The position numbers and the translations under genes are program-made. DNA of 64,000 nt. It comes from the human T2T-CHM13v2.0 reference genome, Homo sapiens. Shown here one piece after another: positions 12,504-29,118 of the stretch. Under the pieces are notes generated by a model. It ran no database searches. It was not told the origin of the DNA and saw only the letters and a list, made by a program, of their open reading frames with translations. The stretch is from the NCBI RefSeq assembly GCF_009914755.1, contig NC_060925.1. One strand, 5' to 3'. Every line of letters starts with the position of its first letter. The first letter of the stretch is position 1.

Positions 12504-13850
12504 ACAATGGAGGTTTTAAAAATGCAATATGATTTTAGTGATGTGCCAACCTGGCATTTTATAACAAATTTTTATAGACAAAACAGTTTTATCTTGCCTT
12601 TACTGTATTGTCTTTATTTTTTAAAAATTAGAGATTTATTCTGTGGGTATTAGATCTTTTATTGACAATTATAGGTAGCATAAGCATATGAATTGCATTT
12701 GAGTTGGTTTTTCTCAGTCATCAGTGCAGATGGGGCTGTATTATGAATCCAAAGTTTGTTCACCTTTTGCTTACCATTTAGCCTCTTTGGATGGCCAGAG
12801 TCACTTCACCTGTTGCCCCATTGGCCTTCAAAGGAGTTTCAAGCTGATTTTTTTTTGATATAGTCTGCTTAGGTGTTGATCAATATAGTATTTAATACTT
12901 AACAGCTAACTAGTGTATTGATGCTAACCTTGTTTCTCTGCATAATGGGAAGTGATGATAATAAGGATTAAAAGAGCTAGATTGTTTCTAGTTACAACTT
13001 TCATTGTTAAGAATTATTTCTGCAGTAGAGAATACCAAAGTTTTCCAACCTATAAAATAAATATCCTAAAACGTTCCTGAAAGCAACTATTAGGGTTTTC
13101 TTTTCTTTCCTCCTTCTTCCTTCAAATTAAGACTGTTTGGTTTTTGTTTATTGTTAGAGACAATAGAGCACACTTACATTTTTTTTTCTCAAATAGATAA
13201 TGTGATGTTATGTTTTGAAATCATGTTAGTAAATAGGATAAAAAATTGCATGTTGAATTCACTTTATTACAGTTACTCGATTAAAAAAAAAAACCAGATC
13301 CTCCCCACTTTCTAATTTGATAAGAAATAACATTTTAGGTTCCAGTGTACTTAGAAATATATTTGTTAATTATAATGAATTTGGAAGTTTTAGAATCAAA
13401 CTTAATTTGGGAGTTTTTTTGAGTCAAGCCTGTTACATGCTAAAGTGAAGTACAGTGGGAACCATATAACAAAACAAAACCACACATTTATGGAATATTG
13501 TTTAATATTTGTAAGTAGTTTCTTATTTCTTATTTTTGTTGTTACTTTCTTTTTTTTCTCCTGGTTCCTAGTAAGTGTATATATTGTTACTTATTGGAAA
13601 CTATCTGTAAATTTGTGCTTGAACATTCTAGCAGATTATTTTTCTTTATTCTCAAGCACAGTCATATTTACTTTAATATCCATAACATGTTGGTATCCTG
13701 AGAGTTTTAATATATGTGGAACAGAACCATATTACATTCATCAACAGATACACACTTTCAATTTCATATGCTGAAATACCGAATTTAATACAGATCGGCT
13801 TCTAAGTTCTAATTTTTAAGCCTTGTCCCAGAAATTACAATTCTCTTAGT

Positions 13851-13869
13851 TGACCAGCAGGTGGCAGTC
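13851..13869 (+). promoter_or_regulatory. Candidate CTCF binding site
   Basis: TGACCAGCAGGTGGCAGTC closely matches the CTCF core consensus (TGGCCACCAGGGGGCGCTA-type). Confidence 0.6.
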
Positions 13870-15856
13870 TACCATTAATGGATTTTGCTGTCCTCTTCCA
13901 GGTTGTCCTTCACTAGCATTTGAAAAAAGCTGTAGTCTGAAGAGGTGCTTTGTTGTCATTATTTGCATAAAAGAATTGTACTTCCAAGCTTTGTGAGTTG
14001 CAAAAGTGTTCTAGTGTTGTGGCATGCTTTGTGAACAATGTGGAAAGGCTTTCCATTCATTGGGCCTGTTAATTTTAGCAACCAGGTAAAACAAAACGAG
14101 TAATGGCCTTAACAGAAAAGTAATACCAGTGTTCTTATTAAGATGACCTTAAATCTAGAGAGTTATAGAACTTGGTTAAGTCTATGTGCTCGTACCCCTT
14201 ACTTATAACTCAAGGGAAATTGGAGCAAAAATTTGTGAATTACTGTTTGCTCCAAAAGTTCATAGGCAGTGCTACTGATAAATCAAAACTACAGATAGGT
14301 TTTCCTCTCCTCAAAGGATGGAAGCAATGATAATATGTTAATATTTCAATACTTAAAAATACAAATCAGTAACTACATGGGTCATAGATTGTTTAACCAC
14401 CTTTTGATCTACCCTTAGGAACACTAAGGGTTGAAGTAATTTCCTTTCATGTGATCCCCTCCCTCTTACTTCCCAAGTCTAACCTTAGTATTATTGTCCA
14501 AGTAACTCTAAAGCATGTTAAGCAGCTGATGTTTGGTTAGAAAGAAAAGTTGTCACAAGATTATGATGAGAGCAACTCACTTCTGTTTAAACAGTGTGCA
14601 CCCTCTACCCTGCCACTTCACCTCCTGGGAATCCTTATCACATATTTGTCCTGAAAACATTATCCACCTGCCCTGTGCTTTATAATATCAGCAGTATATC
14701 TTTTTATCTTGTGGATGATGTGCCTTTATATTTTGAGAAAAATTTCCAGTAACAGATTTGATTTGCATGGACAGAAACTTGAGCAAATGCCAAACTAGCA
14801 GGGGGGCCATTATTCTGCTCTATAAATAAGTTTAAAAAAGAAAAAACACACACACAGAAACCTGTGAATCAACATGTTTTGGTCTAATTGAGGGGAAAAG
14901 CAAGACAGATAAATTTTGAAATGCAAATGATCACCTTCTGTTATTTAAGTATAGTTTCTGCCAACTTAGTGATCCTAGATTTTAAAAAGTCATAATTATT
15001 TCAACAATGTATACTCCCAAGGATGCCCAAGATTCACAAGTTTCTATAACAAAACTGAGAACTTTTAAAAAAGTTGCCACTTTTTTATATTAAAGAAAAC
15101 AAATCCAACAACAAAAAGACAAAAACCATGGAGCTTTCTCTGGCTACATCTGTGAAAAAGCCAGCGCATAAATGGCTGCAGCTGCAGACCCATCAAGAGG
15201 GTCTTGAGAATACGAATTCACTGATCAAACCCAGCCCTGTTTTCAAAGTAGAAGCCATTCCTTTTAGGTTCACTTTGTATCCTTAGATTATCTAGGATGA
15301 TTCTCTAGAAAGGTTTTATTTTAAATAAACATCATTCATGGTAAATGGGTTCCTTTCATACCACAGAAACACAGAATGGAGTTCAGGAAGAGAAAAGGCA
15401 AAAGAAATAGTCCACAAAGTAGGAACAGATTGTATAGCATGACAATATAAATATAACACTGTCTGGTTTCCACATTAGGAGACTTGTAGATACTTTATTA
15501 GGATACTTTTACACAGGTTCTTCTGCTTTTTTTGTTGTGAGGGATTAGAGAATAAAAACTGGAGTAAATTGGTTATTTTTCTCTGGAGGACTTTCTTCTG
15601 GTTACTCTGATTTTATATCTGTTTTTACACACATACACACAAAAGTTTTAGCCAAAAGATTTTATGTGCTTTATCATTTGATTTATTAACTTATGATAAT
15701 AAAGAATAAACCTTTGTTTATAGTGTTTTAAGTATAAAGGAAAAATAAAATGTCAAAGTACTTTTTTTTACTACTTTTTTTCTTGACTCTTATCATTCAA
15801 AAACAGCTAGAAAATAGAACCTGTACTACTAAGCATATAAAATACAAAAAAAAAAC

Positions 15857-15993
15857 TGAGTCTGAGGTGGGAGGATTGCTTGAGGCTGTGAGTATGAGAC
15901 TGCAGTGTGCTATGATCATGCCTGCGAATAGCTACTGCACTCCAGCCTGGGCAACATAGCAAGACCTTGTCTCTTAAAGAAAAATACAAGAAA
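15857..15993 (+). mobile_element. Alu monomer fragment (AluJ right arm/FRAM-like)
   Basis: ctgaggtgggaggattgcttgagg...cactccagcctgggcaacatagcaagacc plus A-rich tail. Confidence 0.85.
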
Positions 15994-18900
15994 ATGATAT
16001 TTGAAAGCTTAATATACAATCTGAGACAAGTGCATAAAATTATTTGTGTTAGTTAACCTAATATAGTCACTTAAGTTTCCCATTCTAGTCTTGAACAAGT
16101 TGATATGGTATCCTATCAGTGTGTGTCCTTCACTTTTATTTTCTGCCCTATTATGAGTCTTTAATTTTAAATGCTTGAAATTTACATTGATATTTGTCAT
16201 TGAATACTTTTCACACTTGAGAATTTATAGGTGCATATGTGTGTAAATTGAAGAAGTCCAAAATGCTTTTCACTGCAGCCCGATCTCCATGCTCCCAGAT
16301 GTCAAATGACAGCTTTGCTTCCTCTCTTAGGCAATTTCACACTTGGAAACAGCTCACAGCTGACGGTGAAAAGTGAAACATAGAAAAATCATGCTGAAAA
16401 CTATCTGTAAAAATTCAGTTTTAGAGCATGACATTTATTGACTACCTTTCTTTGCTCTCCTAGCCTGACTTTATCAAATAATCCATGAATATATTTTGGG
16501 GAATAGTTTCCCCTGCCCTTCTCCATAAACATGCTTTCCATGGCATTTGTTTCTTTTTAGGCATGGAGCTCCATGTAATAGTTATGTATCTGATAATTAA
16601 AACTAGGACTCAGACCATGGATGGAGTTTAAAATATCTTGAGGCTATCAGAAGTTTTTAAGGTTTAGAACATTTAGATGGAATTGAGAACTACCAAACCT
16701 GCATATTGTCCCAGATCATGTATTAACTGATTGCTTGACCTCGGGAAATTTATTTAAGACTTTCTAGGCCTCAGTTTAACAGTAGTAAAATAGATTTGTT
16801 GGATATAAGTAAAATCACAGATGTCAGATCATCTGACATCCTCCTTACACAAAATGTACTCAAAATTGAAGTTCATCATATTAAGGCAGGATTTTCCCCC
16901 CAAGGGTAAATATTGATTTCTTATCTAATGTTAGTAGAGTTAAAAAATTATTTCATTAGGATGACTGAGTATATATTTTTACTCATTTATAGAGTTTGTA
17001 CATAAAGTATATCATGTAGAAATAAGGGATTTATGGAAAATACTTTCATTTAGAGGAATGAAGCCAAAACAACTTTTGTTTGGGGTGAAAGTTGAATGTC
17101 AAGATTCTCAACAAACAAAATTGTTTAAATAAGAAAGAAATATTTAGATGTGATAATTTATGGGACCTGGGTAATTTCAGCAAACATGAGAAATCTAATT
17201 TTAAGAATGTAAGATTGATAGAGAAAGCAAATAAATATAGATGTATATTTCAAAATAATAATGACATAACCAGGAGATACTACTTTTTTTCCTAAAACAG
17301 AAAGAAGGTGGCAGCAAGAGGGAACTATAGGAATAATTTTGAGTAAAATATTTATGGTTAATATTTAAATATTATGTTTCAGACAGTAACTGTTTTATTT
17401 ACCCTTAAGCAAAACTTCAGCAATAGCTAGCTATCTTGTACATAGTATTTTAATGTTTTCCTTGAATGATTAACAAGTATGTTTAGTCCTTTGCCCTCAG
17501 TTCTTATCGTCATAAAAACCAAATCTATTTATTCTTCAGGAGAACCAGTTAATTTTTCAGTTTGCCATAGAATAGTGAGACTTTTCCACTGAAGAAAATT
17601 TCTTGATACACTTCACCACTGTATATCCATGAAACTTGTAACGTGAGTTTAGAGTACAAGCAAAAAAGGCCTCAAGTTAACACAAGTCTTACCTTGTCTA
17701 GGCAAGGCCCTTGTGGTGCAAAGAAGATTAAAGGATCACTTTAGGAGGACTTGAGGGTCTAGAATGCTGGAATCCATGGGCCAGTCACCATCACATCTCA
17801 GTTAAGGTTGCTCCATATTGAAACAGACTATTCTGAAATCATGATTCTCCTATCAAGCCAGAATGCGATTTGTCTCTAGTGGTGAGAATGAGACAAAGTA
17901 AGAGCAAAGAATTCAGTCCCAGTTATTTGGCATCTTAGCAAATGACACATTAGCACATCCCAAGAGAAGTTCAATGAATTGATGTTTTGATACAGAAGAG
18001 GTGAAAAACAATGTCTCTGTACATTTCATAATACTACCTGATATTTGGAGTGAAGGGTTTATGTCAAGCTTTAGATTATTAAAAATAAGTTAATCTTAAC
18101 CTTTTATTTACCCCAAACCTTTTTTCTTGATGATCTTGGGCAAATTTCTTTTTCAGAAGAGGAACATGAGACTAGAGACTTATAGTTTAAAGTATTAGCT
18201 ACAGTGTAATGCTTTTTATTTTTCGTATCTCAGTTGACTTTTGTCAACTATTCAGTAATTGGCCTCACCACTGCATTATTATAAAGAAGAAAGTGAACTG
18301 TCTTTTGCCTTTGATGTTTAACAAAGATGTAATACTGAGTCTTAAACATTATATACCAGAGCAATTGGCTAACTATTTTTATCAAATCATCAGTTTCTGT
18401 ATCCCATAACATTTTGTAAATTTTAATCTCCATTAGGTTACCAGGTCTTATTCCTTCTGAGCAGTTCTTCACAAATTCTTCCTTCGAATAAATGTTTAAA
18501 AATGCTAAGGTTTTTAAAAATGAGTGAGGATAAGGCAAGTAGGATTTCTGAAGCTCCTTTAATAGCCATGCGTGTAGCTCTCTGCCTAACACAGCAGCAG
18601 AGCGGCAGAGAGAGAGCGCAAGCAAGCGAGAGAGCTATGCCTGTCATTCTCACAATTTTCAGTTAGCCTTTTTCTCATCAATCAACTGTAATGGCTTTGG
18701 TTGGGTAACACTGTGACACCTGATGGCTACTCAGAATGGAGTTGTTGTGATATGATCAATGGAAAATGGGGCATGCTGTTGGTTTTTTCCTACTAGAAAT
18801 ACAGGGTGAGAGAGTAAGCAAGATTGTTTACAGCTCAGAATTATAATCGGTCAACCAGAAGTCATGTGGTAGTTACTCGTTTCTTATTTTATCTCACAAG

Positions 18901-20141
18901 AAAACCGTATAGTAATGATACCTATAAACTCCCTTGAACAAGTAATTCTTGGCTCTGGAGTGCCGAATCAAGTGAAATTAAGGAGTTTTGACTTAAGTTG
19001 TACAGATAATTGCAGGAAAGCTCAGAACATGGTTGCCAGGTCACCACGACAACAAGAAATTCAGAGCTAGGTAGTGGGAGAAAAGTGGAATTAGACATGT
19101 AGCCAAGCCTAGCCTGAACTAGCTGAGTGTGGTCTGCACTCACGTCCAGTTCCCCACAATACAGCAGGCCCAGGGATTCAGGTAATTGAATTACCTAAAA
19201 ACCAACTGAATAAATGATGAGGTGGTGGCAGGAAGCGAGGCTAGAGACTGAGGTGAGCCGAAAAAGCGAATGCGTATTAGGGTGGAGCAGCACCACATAT
19301 CCCCTGTCACCTTGCAGCACTGGGAGAAGAGTGGGGGCCCCAGCTGCTGCAGACTTCTCTCTCTGGAAAGTGCCAGTCTCTGTCATTGGTCTTCTCTGGA
19401 TAATACGCTAATTAGAGTAATGTGATTCCAGGAACTTTCAAACAGTTCATGTACCCTGCTCAACAAATACAGCATTTGAATAAGCAATTGAGTACAATGC
19501 TGGAGGACTTTATGGAATATAGAATGGATAATTAGGCAGTCAATGTTTTCTGAAATAGTATAAAATAAGAAAAAAGGAGCAAAATGCCCATTTGAAAGGA
19601 TGGGCTAGGAAATGAAAATTCCAGGCTCTAGTTAGTCTATCATGTAAGAATGAAGATCTGCCTCAGAAATGTGAGACTATAGGGAAGTTTCTTCTGTCTG
19701 ACTTGACTCATTTCAAGTACAAGGTCCCTGTGAACAGCTTTGCGCCTTTGAACTTGTAAACTTTAAGCTATTAAACTTTGATGTTTTAGTTTATAACTAT
19801 TAGAGGAGCATTCCGAACCTGGAATTAAAATGAAATTTTATTCTCATAGTTGCTATGGCTTTTAGTTTTGCTTTCGGTTGTAACATTTTCCATTGTCATA
19901 TACAAAAACTTAAAAAAAATTGTCTCTGTATTTAAAATAATACCATGGCTAGGTAGTGTAGTTGTCCTACAATACATTTAAATGAATTTGTTTTTGATAA
20001 CATTTAAAAAATATTTGTAATTGATACAAATGATCTCACCAGCCCACCAGCCAAATAGAACCAGCTTACAAATTTGTGGCACATTTTATGGAATTAGGTG
20101 CCTAAATTCCTTTAATTGAACAGGGATAGAAAAAACCTTGA

Positions 20142-20490
<349 letters not shown>

Positions 20491-23400
20491 CAGCTTTCTT
20501 TTCTTGATGTAGCACACGCCACCTGTGCCAGAGCAAACTGTACCTTCCAGAGGCAGTCATTGTGCTTTGCATGGGGAACACTGGAAGGTGTCCATTCCAC
20601 CACCTGAGTTTAGGTTGCCTTCATCTCTTGCCTGGAATAGTGCAGTCAGCTGACTGGCTTCCACTCTCACCCTCTAATCTTTGTTTCTTCCTGCTGCTGA
20701 GTATGCTTTAGATAATGTTTTAAACTCTTTAGCCTACAACTTGTAAAAGTGCAAAAGGACTTGATGTAGATCTGCATGCTCAATGGAACTTAAAGAAAAC
20801 AAATGTGATGAGGGCTTTGGAGGTGCTTTGAATGCCTTGAATGGACAGTGCTACAAAATACAAGATTGATATATTTATTCAACAAACATTTATTAAATGC
20901 CTCCTGTGTCCCAGGCACTGTGCCTAGGAGCCAGAAATAAAAGACATAATTGGTATAATATTGACAGTTACTTTTGAAGATTTACATGAAAAGGAGTCTA
21001 CCCAAACAGAAGAAATATACAATTGGTTAACTAGGATGTTAATAGACCTTTATAGGTGAATAGTTGTATTTATAGAATGGTAGTTTTCTGAGCAAACAAA
21101 AGACATGCTTAGCTGTCCCCCTTCCCACAGTTTAGTTCCATATATTGTTGGATACAAAAAATGCTTTCTTCTGTGTTTCTTTCTCTTTGCTCTTTAGTCA
21201 TCGGCTGCAGTGGAAGACTAATGCTCAGCCCCTGCATAGAAAATCTTTATACACAGCAAGAGCTGGTGAGAGAAATTGACTAGGATTTTGTAATTCTAGT
21301 CCCTTTCAATTAGCAACAGATGCTGCAGGGAAAGATTGTCTGTGTAGGAACACAGTACTAATGTTTCTGTGCCCTAGCTGACATGGAATGCTCATTGCAA
21401 AAAGAAAGATGTTCTTTTCCTTGGTCGAAGTTGTCACCAATGACAGATTAGATTTTTTTAACCTTTCTCTACTCCTAAATCCATTAATGAAGTCTGATTC
21501 CCTTGGAAGAAAGTTAAATTCTTGGCCAATTGTAACAACATTTCTAATTGAACACTTAAAGAATTTATAGAAAGTTTAGACATTCCAGCTGCCTTTCTGA
21601 TAGTATAAAGGTATACATTGTGCTTAATTTTAAGGTTTGTAAGAATTTGCCTTTGTTCTTATGTTGTCTTATTTACCAGAGATCTTTTTTTGATCCTGAA
21701 AGTTAATATATTTTTGTTCCTTATGGTTTTTTTCCCCCAAAGAGAACTTTGGAATCCTTAAGGTCAGATATTTAAAGTGAAAATTTTTTATTATTTTGAG
21801 AAAAAATCCTGTGGCATTAGAAAACTATATTTATCTTTCACCTTCTTCCCTAGTGTATTTACTACTGATTATCATTTTAATGTGTTGTATGGATCTTGTG
21901 GCCTTAAAATTGGCCTATCATTCTGCTATTTGGATAAAGCATTATGTTACTTATGTGATAAATTCTTCCAGCATCTAACTATTGGTTTATTTTGAGTATT
22001 ACATAAACACTTTATTTACAATGATGGCTGCTTTTTAATTAAATTTTCTATGACTTCTTAATAACAGTTCCACAGTTGCTATAACTTTGAGAGTAAAAAG
22101 AAATGAGTCTTTTCATTTAAAAAAGCCTAGTTAAGAAAAATAGTTTAGGAGTTCTAAATTACAATAGAATTTCTCTATAAGTGAAATTCTCTTCTAAGAA
22201 GATTCTGAACATACTGTATTTCCTGCTGTATCTTGGGGAGAGAAGATAGCAACAACAGAATATATTGCCAGAAGGAGGTTATGGACTTGTCTCTGGGAAT
22301 TTTTGGAATGGGGATGGGTAACTATATTGTTAGTAAAGGTAAAGTGAAGAATGAGATGATCTATGTGGTGCTCCTTTAGTGGAAAAACCAGGGAACTGAG
22401 TCAGATGGCCTCACCAGTCTGACGGTGTGTCTTAACACATATCTGTAAATGTGGAATATCAGATTTCCTTATTAAGCATTTTAAAAGTGATGTCTTTTAA
22501 AGAAAAGTAAATTCTGAATTTGGGATATTGAAGGCCCCACAATTGCTTAAAATGCAAGATGGTTCATGTTTTTAAAACTTTATGGAAACGTTTTCGATTA
22601 AAGCTTGAGTTTAACTTGCAGTTTCTAGTTTTCTCAATTTTCGATTCAATTTCCAGTATAATGTTAGATCTGTCTTTGGTTATTTTTGCGTCATGTCTTT
22701 GACAAATCCATGCAGTTTAAATTGTATAATCTTAAAAGGCAAGGCCTGTACCCTTAGATAAACGTATGTCATGAAGCATACATCATGATTTTAGTATGTT
22801 GGAATCACATAGTCTCTCCAATGTCTTTCAGACTTCCTCAAGTCTGAGAGTGTGTACTGTTCTTCTTTCCTTTCCTTTCCCATCGCTATATAGACATCTT
22901 ATGGTTGAGTCCAAGCTTTCTGCTTTTTTGCTCCTTTACTTTTGGGAGCCAAGCTTATTATAGTTGCAGTTCTGGATTTAGGGTAAACATTATTATTTTG
23001 GCTGTAAGAGGGAGACTTGGAAGACTCTGAATATCATAAGGACTATAAAACTTTGTTATTCTGTGTTTTAGCAAGCTCTTTGGCAATATGGGCTACCAAG
23101 ACAGCATTATTTTTCTGAAAAATATCTTGGCTTATTGAAGAGTGTTCTATGAGGTGTTAAACATGAGTAAAGCAAAGGTAGGCAAAGCACATTTTATGTT
23201 TTGATATCTTTGTTTTATTTAATCTTATTTATTCACTTGTGAAATATAGTTTGAATCATTAGTATTAATCAGTAAGAGTCTATATTGTAGTTAGAATATC
23301 AGAATACTGAAGTGAAATTTCTAGAATTTTACTAAACAGTTTGCACATGTTTGATGTCCTTTAAAATTTATGGATGAGTTGAAATTTAATCAGGAGCTGA

Positions 23401-24100
23401 TTCTGTGTCTCCATTACATTAAAAGATGATAATGGTTAGATTTAGTGACCCTGATTCATTTCACTTACCACCAGGTAATTAATCTTTTAGGGAAAGAGAG
23501 GAGTGGCTATGTATAGAAAGGAGAAAAGGAAGAAGATTGAGGAATGCTTGCTCATCTTAGCATAATCCACTTTTTGGGCATCTTAGGTTAATGGAGGGAG
23601 AAGAAGTTATGAGAAAGGCTCATGAGTGCTTTTGAAAACACTTTCAGGATCATAAAATTACAGATTATAAGAGGCTGAAAGAATGTTAGAGGTCTGGCTG
23701 TTCTCATTTTCAGAGAAGCATAGTGATATACTCAGCCAAGCTCAAGCAGCAGCATAACCAGAGCCCTGGCAATACATCTGTTTGACTTAAGGACAAAAAT
23801 CCAGGATTCTTTGATATCACCATCTCTTTTTGAGTTTTTGTGGGAATAAACTGAGAAATTGTTTTCTGAGGTAATAGTTTGTTTTTCTCTGATCATGTTT
23901 CTTAATGCCTGTAGTGTGCCACTACACTTGTGGAGAATAAGGATACTGTTTTACCAAGCCTAGAAATTGCAATTATAGAATGTAGCGGTAGGGAATGGGG
24001 CATGCCCAGAAACTTAACACCTTGTGTTTTATAGGAAAAATGTTTTGAAAATTGGCAAAAAAAAAAAGTGGTAGAATTTATCCTTTAAAATATTTTTCTA

Positions 24101-24430
<330 letters not shown>

Positions 24431-25517
24431 AAATGTTTTTCTACTTGTTTCTAGAGATTTTTCAAATTTGAGGTAGGAGTTAAAGGGGATTTCTCAAATT
24501 CACTGTGTTAGTCTTTTAAAATAGCCTCAGAGACTTACATGGTATTTCTTTTCATTCTCTACTTTTGATTTTAGGTACATATACCTGATGTTTATAGTAA
24601 CTATCGTGTTGCTTTATATATAAATCAGTGTTGTTGGTTTATGCTTAGATTTTTTATATAGAGTTTGCAAGTAAAGTAGTTTTGATAGCCACACAACCTC
24701 AGGCTTCTTTTTGGCAATACAGTTTCAGTGTGTATCTTAAAATTTTTAATCTAAGAATTACTGATATTTAAGGATGTTAAAAGGGCAACCAAATAAAGTC
24801 CTTTGTTCTGATAATTGAAAGAATTTTTTTTCTGTTTTAACACCTATAAAGAAATTCTACAACTGCTTACCTTCACCTGTTCTAATATTTAAGCTTCCTA
24901 GCTGTTAGGAAGTTCTTCTTTATATCTTACCTAAATACAGCCTAAATGCAGAACTCTTTGTCGTAGCTTAGAGTCATGTATGAAAATCAAGGACAGTTGG
25001 TCATGTTACCAATTTCACATTAATTAATGAATCACTGCTTGATATAAAGTCATTTTGAACAGTTTCAAGCTGCATTGTTAAGGGGATGGATTTAAAAATT
25101 ATTCAATGTCTTCTTTTCTGGTTTCCATGAAAAACCAATTTACCTTTTTACAGTTCTTATCCTTCTCTACTACTCCAGTCAGATTAAAGATGACATTCAG
25201 CCTAGCTGCCTTCATAGTTTCAAAAGCAGTTTTCCTTAGATGGGACCAGCAGTGTCTTTAGGCCTAAGTGTGTTAGAAAGCTGAACTAATCATATCTGAG
25301 AGGAGGCAAGAAAGAAAGTCAATGGGGAAGAAATGAAGCAGGCTGTCCGTGGAAGAGAGGAGATGAAGATCCAGGAAAGATGGAAAATGGGGAGTGAAAG
25401 AGGTAGACTGTGGTTGACAGCTTAGCTAAAGTGTCTCCAGCAGTTATCTCAGGTGCCACTTCGTGTCTTGGACTAGCTAGCAAGCCCACTGAGGAGTGGG
25501 AATGTAAGTAAGCTTTG

Positions 25518-25720
25518 CAGGGGTGTCCAATCTTGTGGCTTCCCTGGGCCACATTGAAAGAAGAATTGTCTTGGGCCACATAAAATACACTAACACTAAC
25601 GATAGCTGATGAGCTAAAAAAAAAAAAAAGTCGCAAAAAAAATCTCATGATGTTTTAAGAAAGTTTACAAATTTGCATTGGGCTGCATTCAGCCCACAGG
25701 TTGTGGGTTGCACAGGCTTC
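25518..25720 (+). mobile_element. MER30 DNA transposon
   Basis: caggggtgtccaatct..ggcttccctgggccacattg...cactaacactaacgatagctgatgagctaaaa matches the recalled MER30 consensus. Confidence 0.9.
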
Positions 25721-26857
25721 CTCTAGGGGATTCTTAGGTCTCTTGCTGCTGTCTGTGTTGCCTCCCATTCAGATTGGGGCTCATCAGACACTGTGGCAAT
25801 CCACATTTGGAGCAGTACATTGGTCATTATTTACCTGTTATGGACCCTGGCAGAAGATTACTTAGGGATTTCAAAGCAGCATAAAGCCTACTTCTTAGAC
25901 TCTGCAGTTGAGCAAGTTCACAGAAACCAATACAGGAATCCACCTTGTCTGTCTTATGAAGTGCCTCTCAAATTTTTCTGCTTATGTACTTGACTGTAGA
26001 GGTGATACGAAATGAGTATCCCAGGGGACCAGTGAAATAAGATTCTGAGGTTTGTTTGAAGTCTTTTTATCTTGCAAATCCATGCAAATTTTACATTGTG
26101 TTCCATAATAGGTCTATTTATTTTAAAAAATAGTAATAGTAAAACAATACTCCATCCCCTCCCCACATACAAAAGTCTCTGAGGCTCAGGAATATGGACT
26201 GTGCTTATCTTGTGGCTTCAAGAACACACTCTCCCTCGGCCTCCCCACTAACACATTTCATCTGAGGTGCGTGTTCCCTGCAGTGCTGTGGAAAACAAAC
26301 ATAACATGTAGCTTTTGAGGATCTAGGCTACGTTGTTGGTGGCACTTTGGACCTTTTGCTGAATTTAAAAGGTACCTTTATAAGTATGTTAGCCATCGAT
26401 TAGACAGACCCATCTGGGCAATCCTCTGCTCAGTTTTAACGAGGAACCTCATGAGCAGAGACTTAGAATGGGGCTTTAGTCTAGAGCTCCTTAGCACATG
26501 TTATTAGACCCTATAAACCATCTCATTAATTTTTACATCTCTAAGCTAACTGGATCAGATGTCCTGCTTCTTCCTGGGCACATAAATACAATATTCTCTC
26601 CCAAAGTCACCATACCCAAATAAGTTCTTCCATAAGGTTGCTTAGAGATTGTAAATAATTCATGTAAAGTATTAAACATGGTTTCTTACATGTAGTGAGC
26701 AGCCAGGAAATGGTAGCTGCTATTTTATTATTGCTGCTATCATTATTGCAATGTGTACCTACTGTGAACAAAGCAGCATTATAAATGGAAAGTAAAGCTG
26801 GTTGGTGGCACATTCAAAACTGATGGCTGACAGATAACTTTGGATCTTGAATTGTAA

Positions 26858-27426
<569 letters not shown>

Positions 27427-28308
27427 TTATAATACTAAGAAGTATACACTGCTTGTGATATGATTAAAGAAAATGGAGCAAATGAAATTCTTGAACAAAA
27501 AGATATTTAAGAAATAAAACCACTAACTATACTAGGGGAAAAACTGATTTTAGCTTCACATAATTTAACAGTGTGGCCAAAGCATAGAATTCTATGGAGG
27601 AATAGTGCCTAGTACAGTGCCTAATTTGTGCTGCTTCATGTGTGTTGGTTGAATGAATATGATGGGTTGATACCTTATTATGGAAGCCGAATTGTATATA
27701 TATACCTGATTAAGCAAGGAATTTGAATGTTATCTAATGGTCAGTGAGAATTTTGAGCAGGGAAATGATGTCATTCATCGCTTGTTTTAGACTGGAAGGA
27801 AATGTACAAAAGGTTATATTTTATGATAGAACTATGATAAATTTCCCTTTTACTTTGCTAACATTTCTAATAACACACACCCTTTATAAAGTCTAAGAGT
27901 ACACTTCCAAAGGTGATAGTGGCTCCCTGTGAAATGGGAATGGGGGTGAGGGTTATGTATTTGAATCTGGGAGGGGTAGCATATGTACTTTGAAAGAGAG
28001 CACCCAGGGATATGTCCTTCATGAGTATCATTATTTTAGAGAATCCTTGAGTATCAAATCATAGAGTTCCTAGAGCCCCTCAGCTCTAACCCTCATGTTA
28101 TAGATGACATCAAGTGAATTCCTTGACTCAACCCAGGACTCCTGATTCCTAGTTCATTGTTCTTTCTCATGCATTAAAGTTGTGGAAAAAACTATGCAGA
28201 TGAACAGAAGGGAGGATTGGTTTACGTAGTTTTTCTTCCCTGCTCCAGAGTAACTTTTCCAACAAGCCTGAATGTTTTCATATCATCTTGCTGTACTTTA
28301 AAAATTTA

Positions 28309-28650
<342 letters not shown>

Positions 28651-28804
28651 TCACCACCCCAGAGGCAAATCAGTAAAACATCTTGTCATGTTTTCTTACC
28701 AGTCTTTTTTCTAAATGTGTACTTTTAAAATTAGAATTGTATTGTTTTATAGCTTTTTATATGTTTATATATACAAACATTCACTTAAGTATATGTAGGT
28801 GTTG

Positions 28805-29118
<314 letters not shown>

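Noticed and set aside
13902-13992. Possible cryptic 91-nt poison exon (ttccag acceptor, gtgagt donor)
   Set aside because: Such site pairs are frequent in long introns, the donor's exonic context (CTT T) is poor, and there is no transcript evidence.
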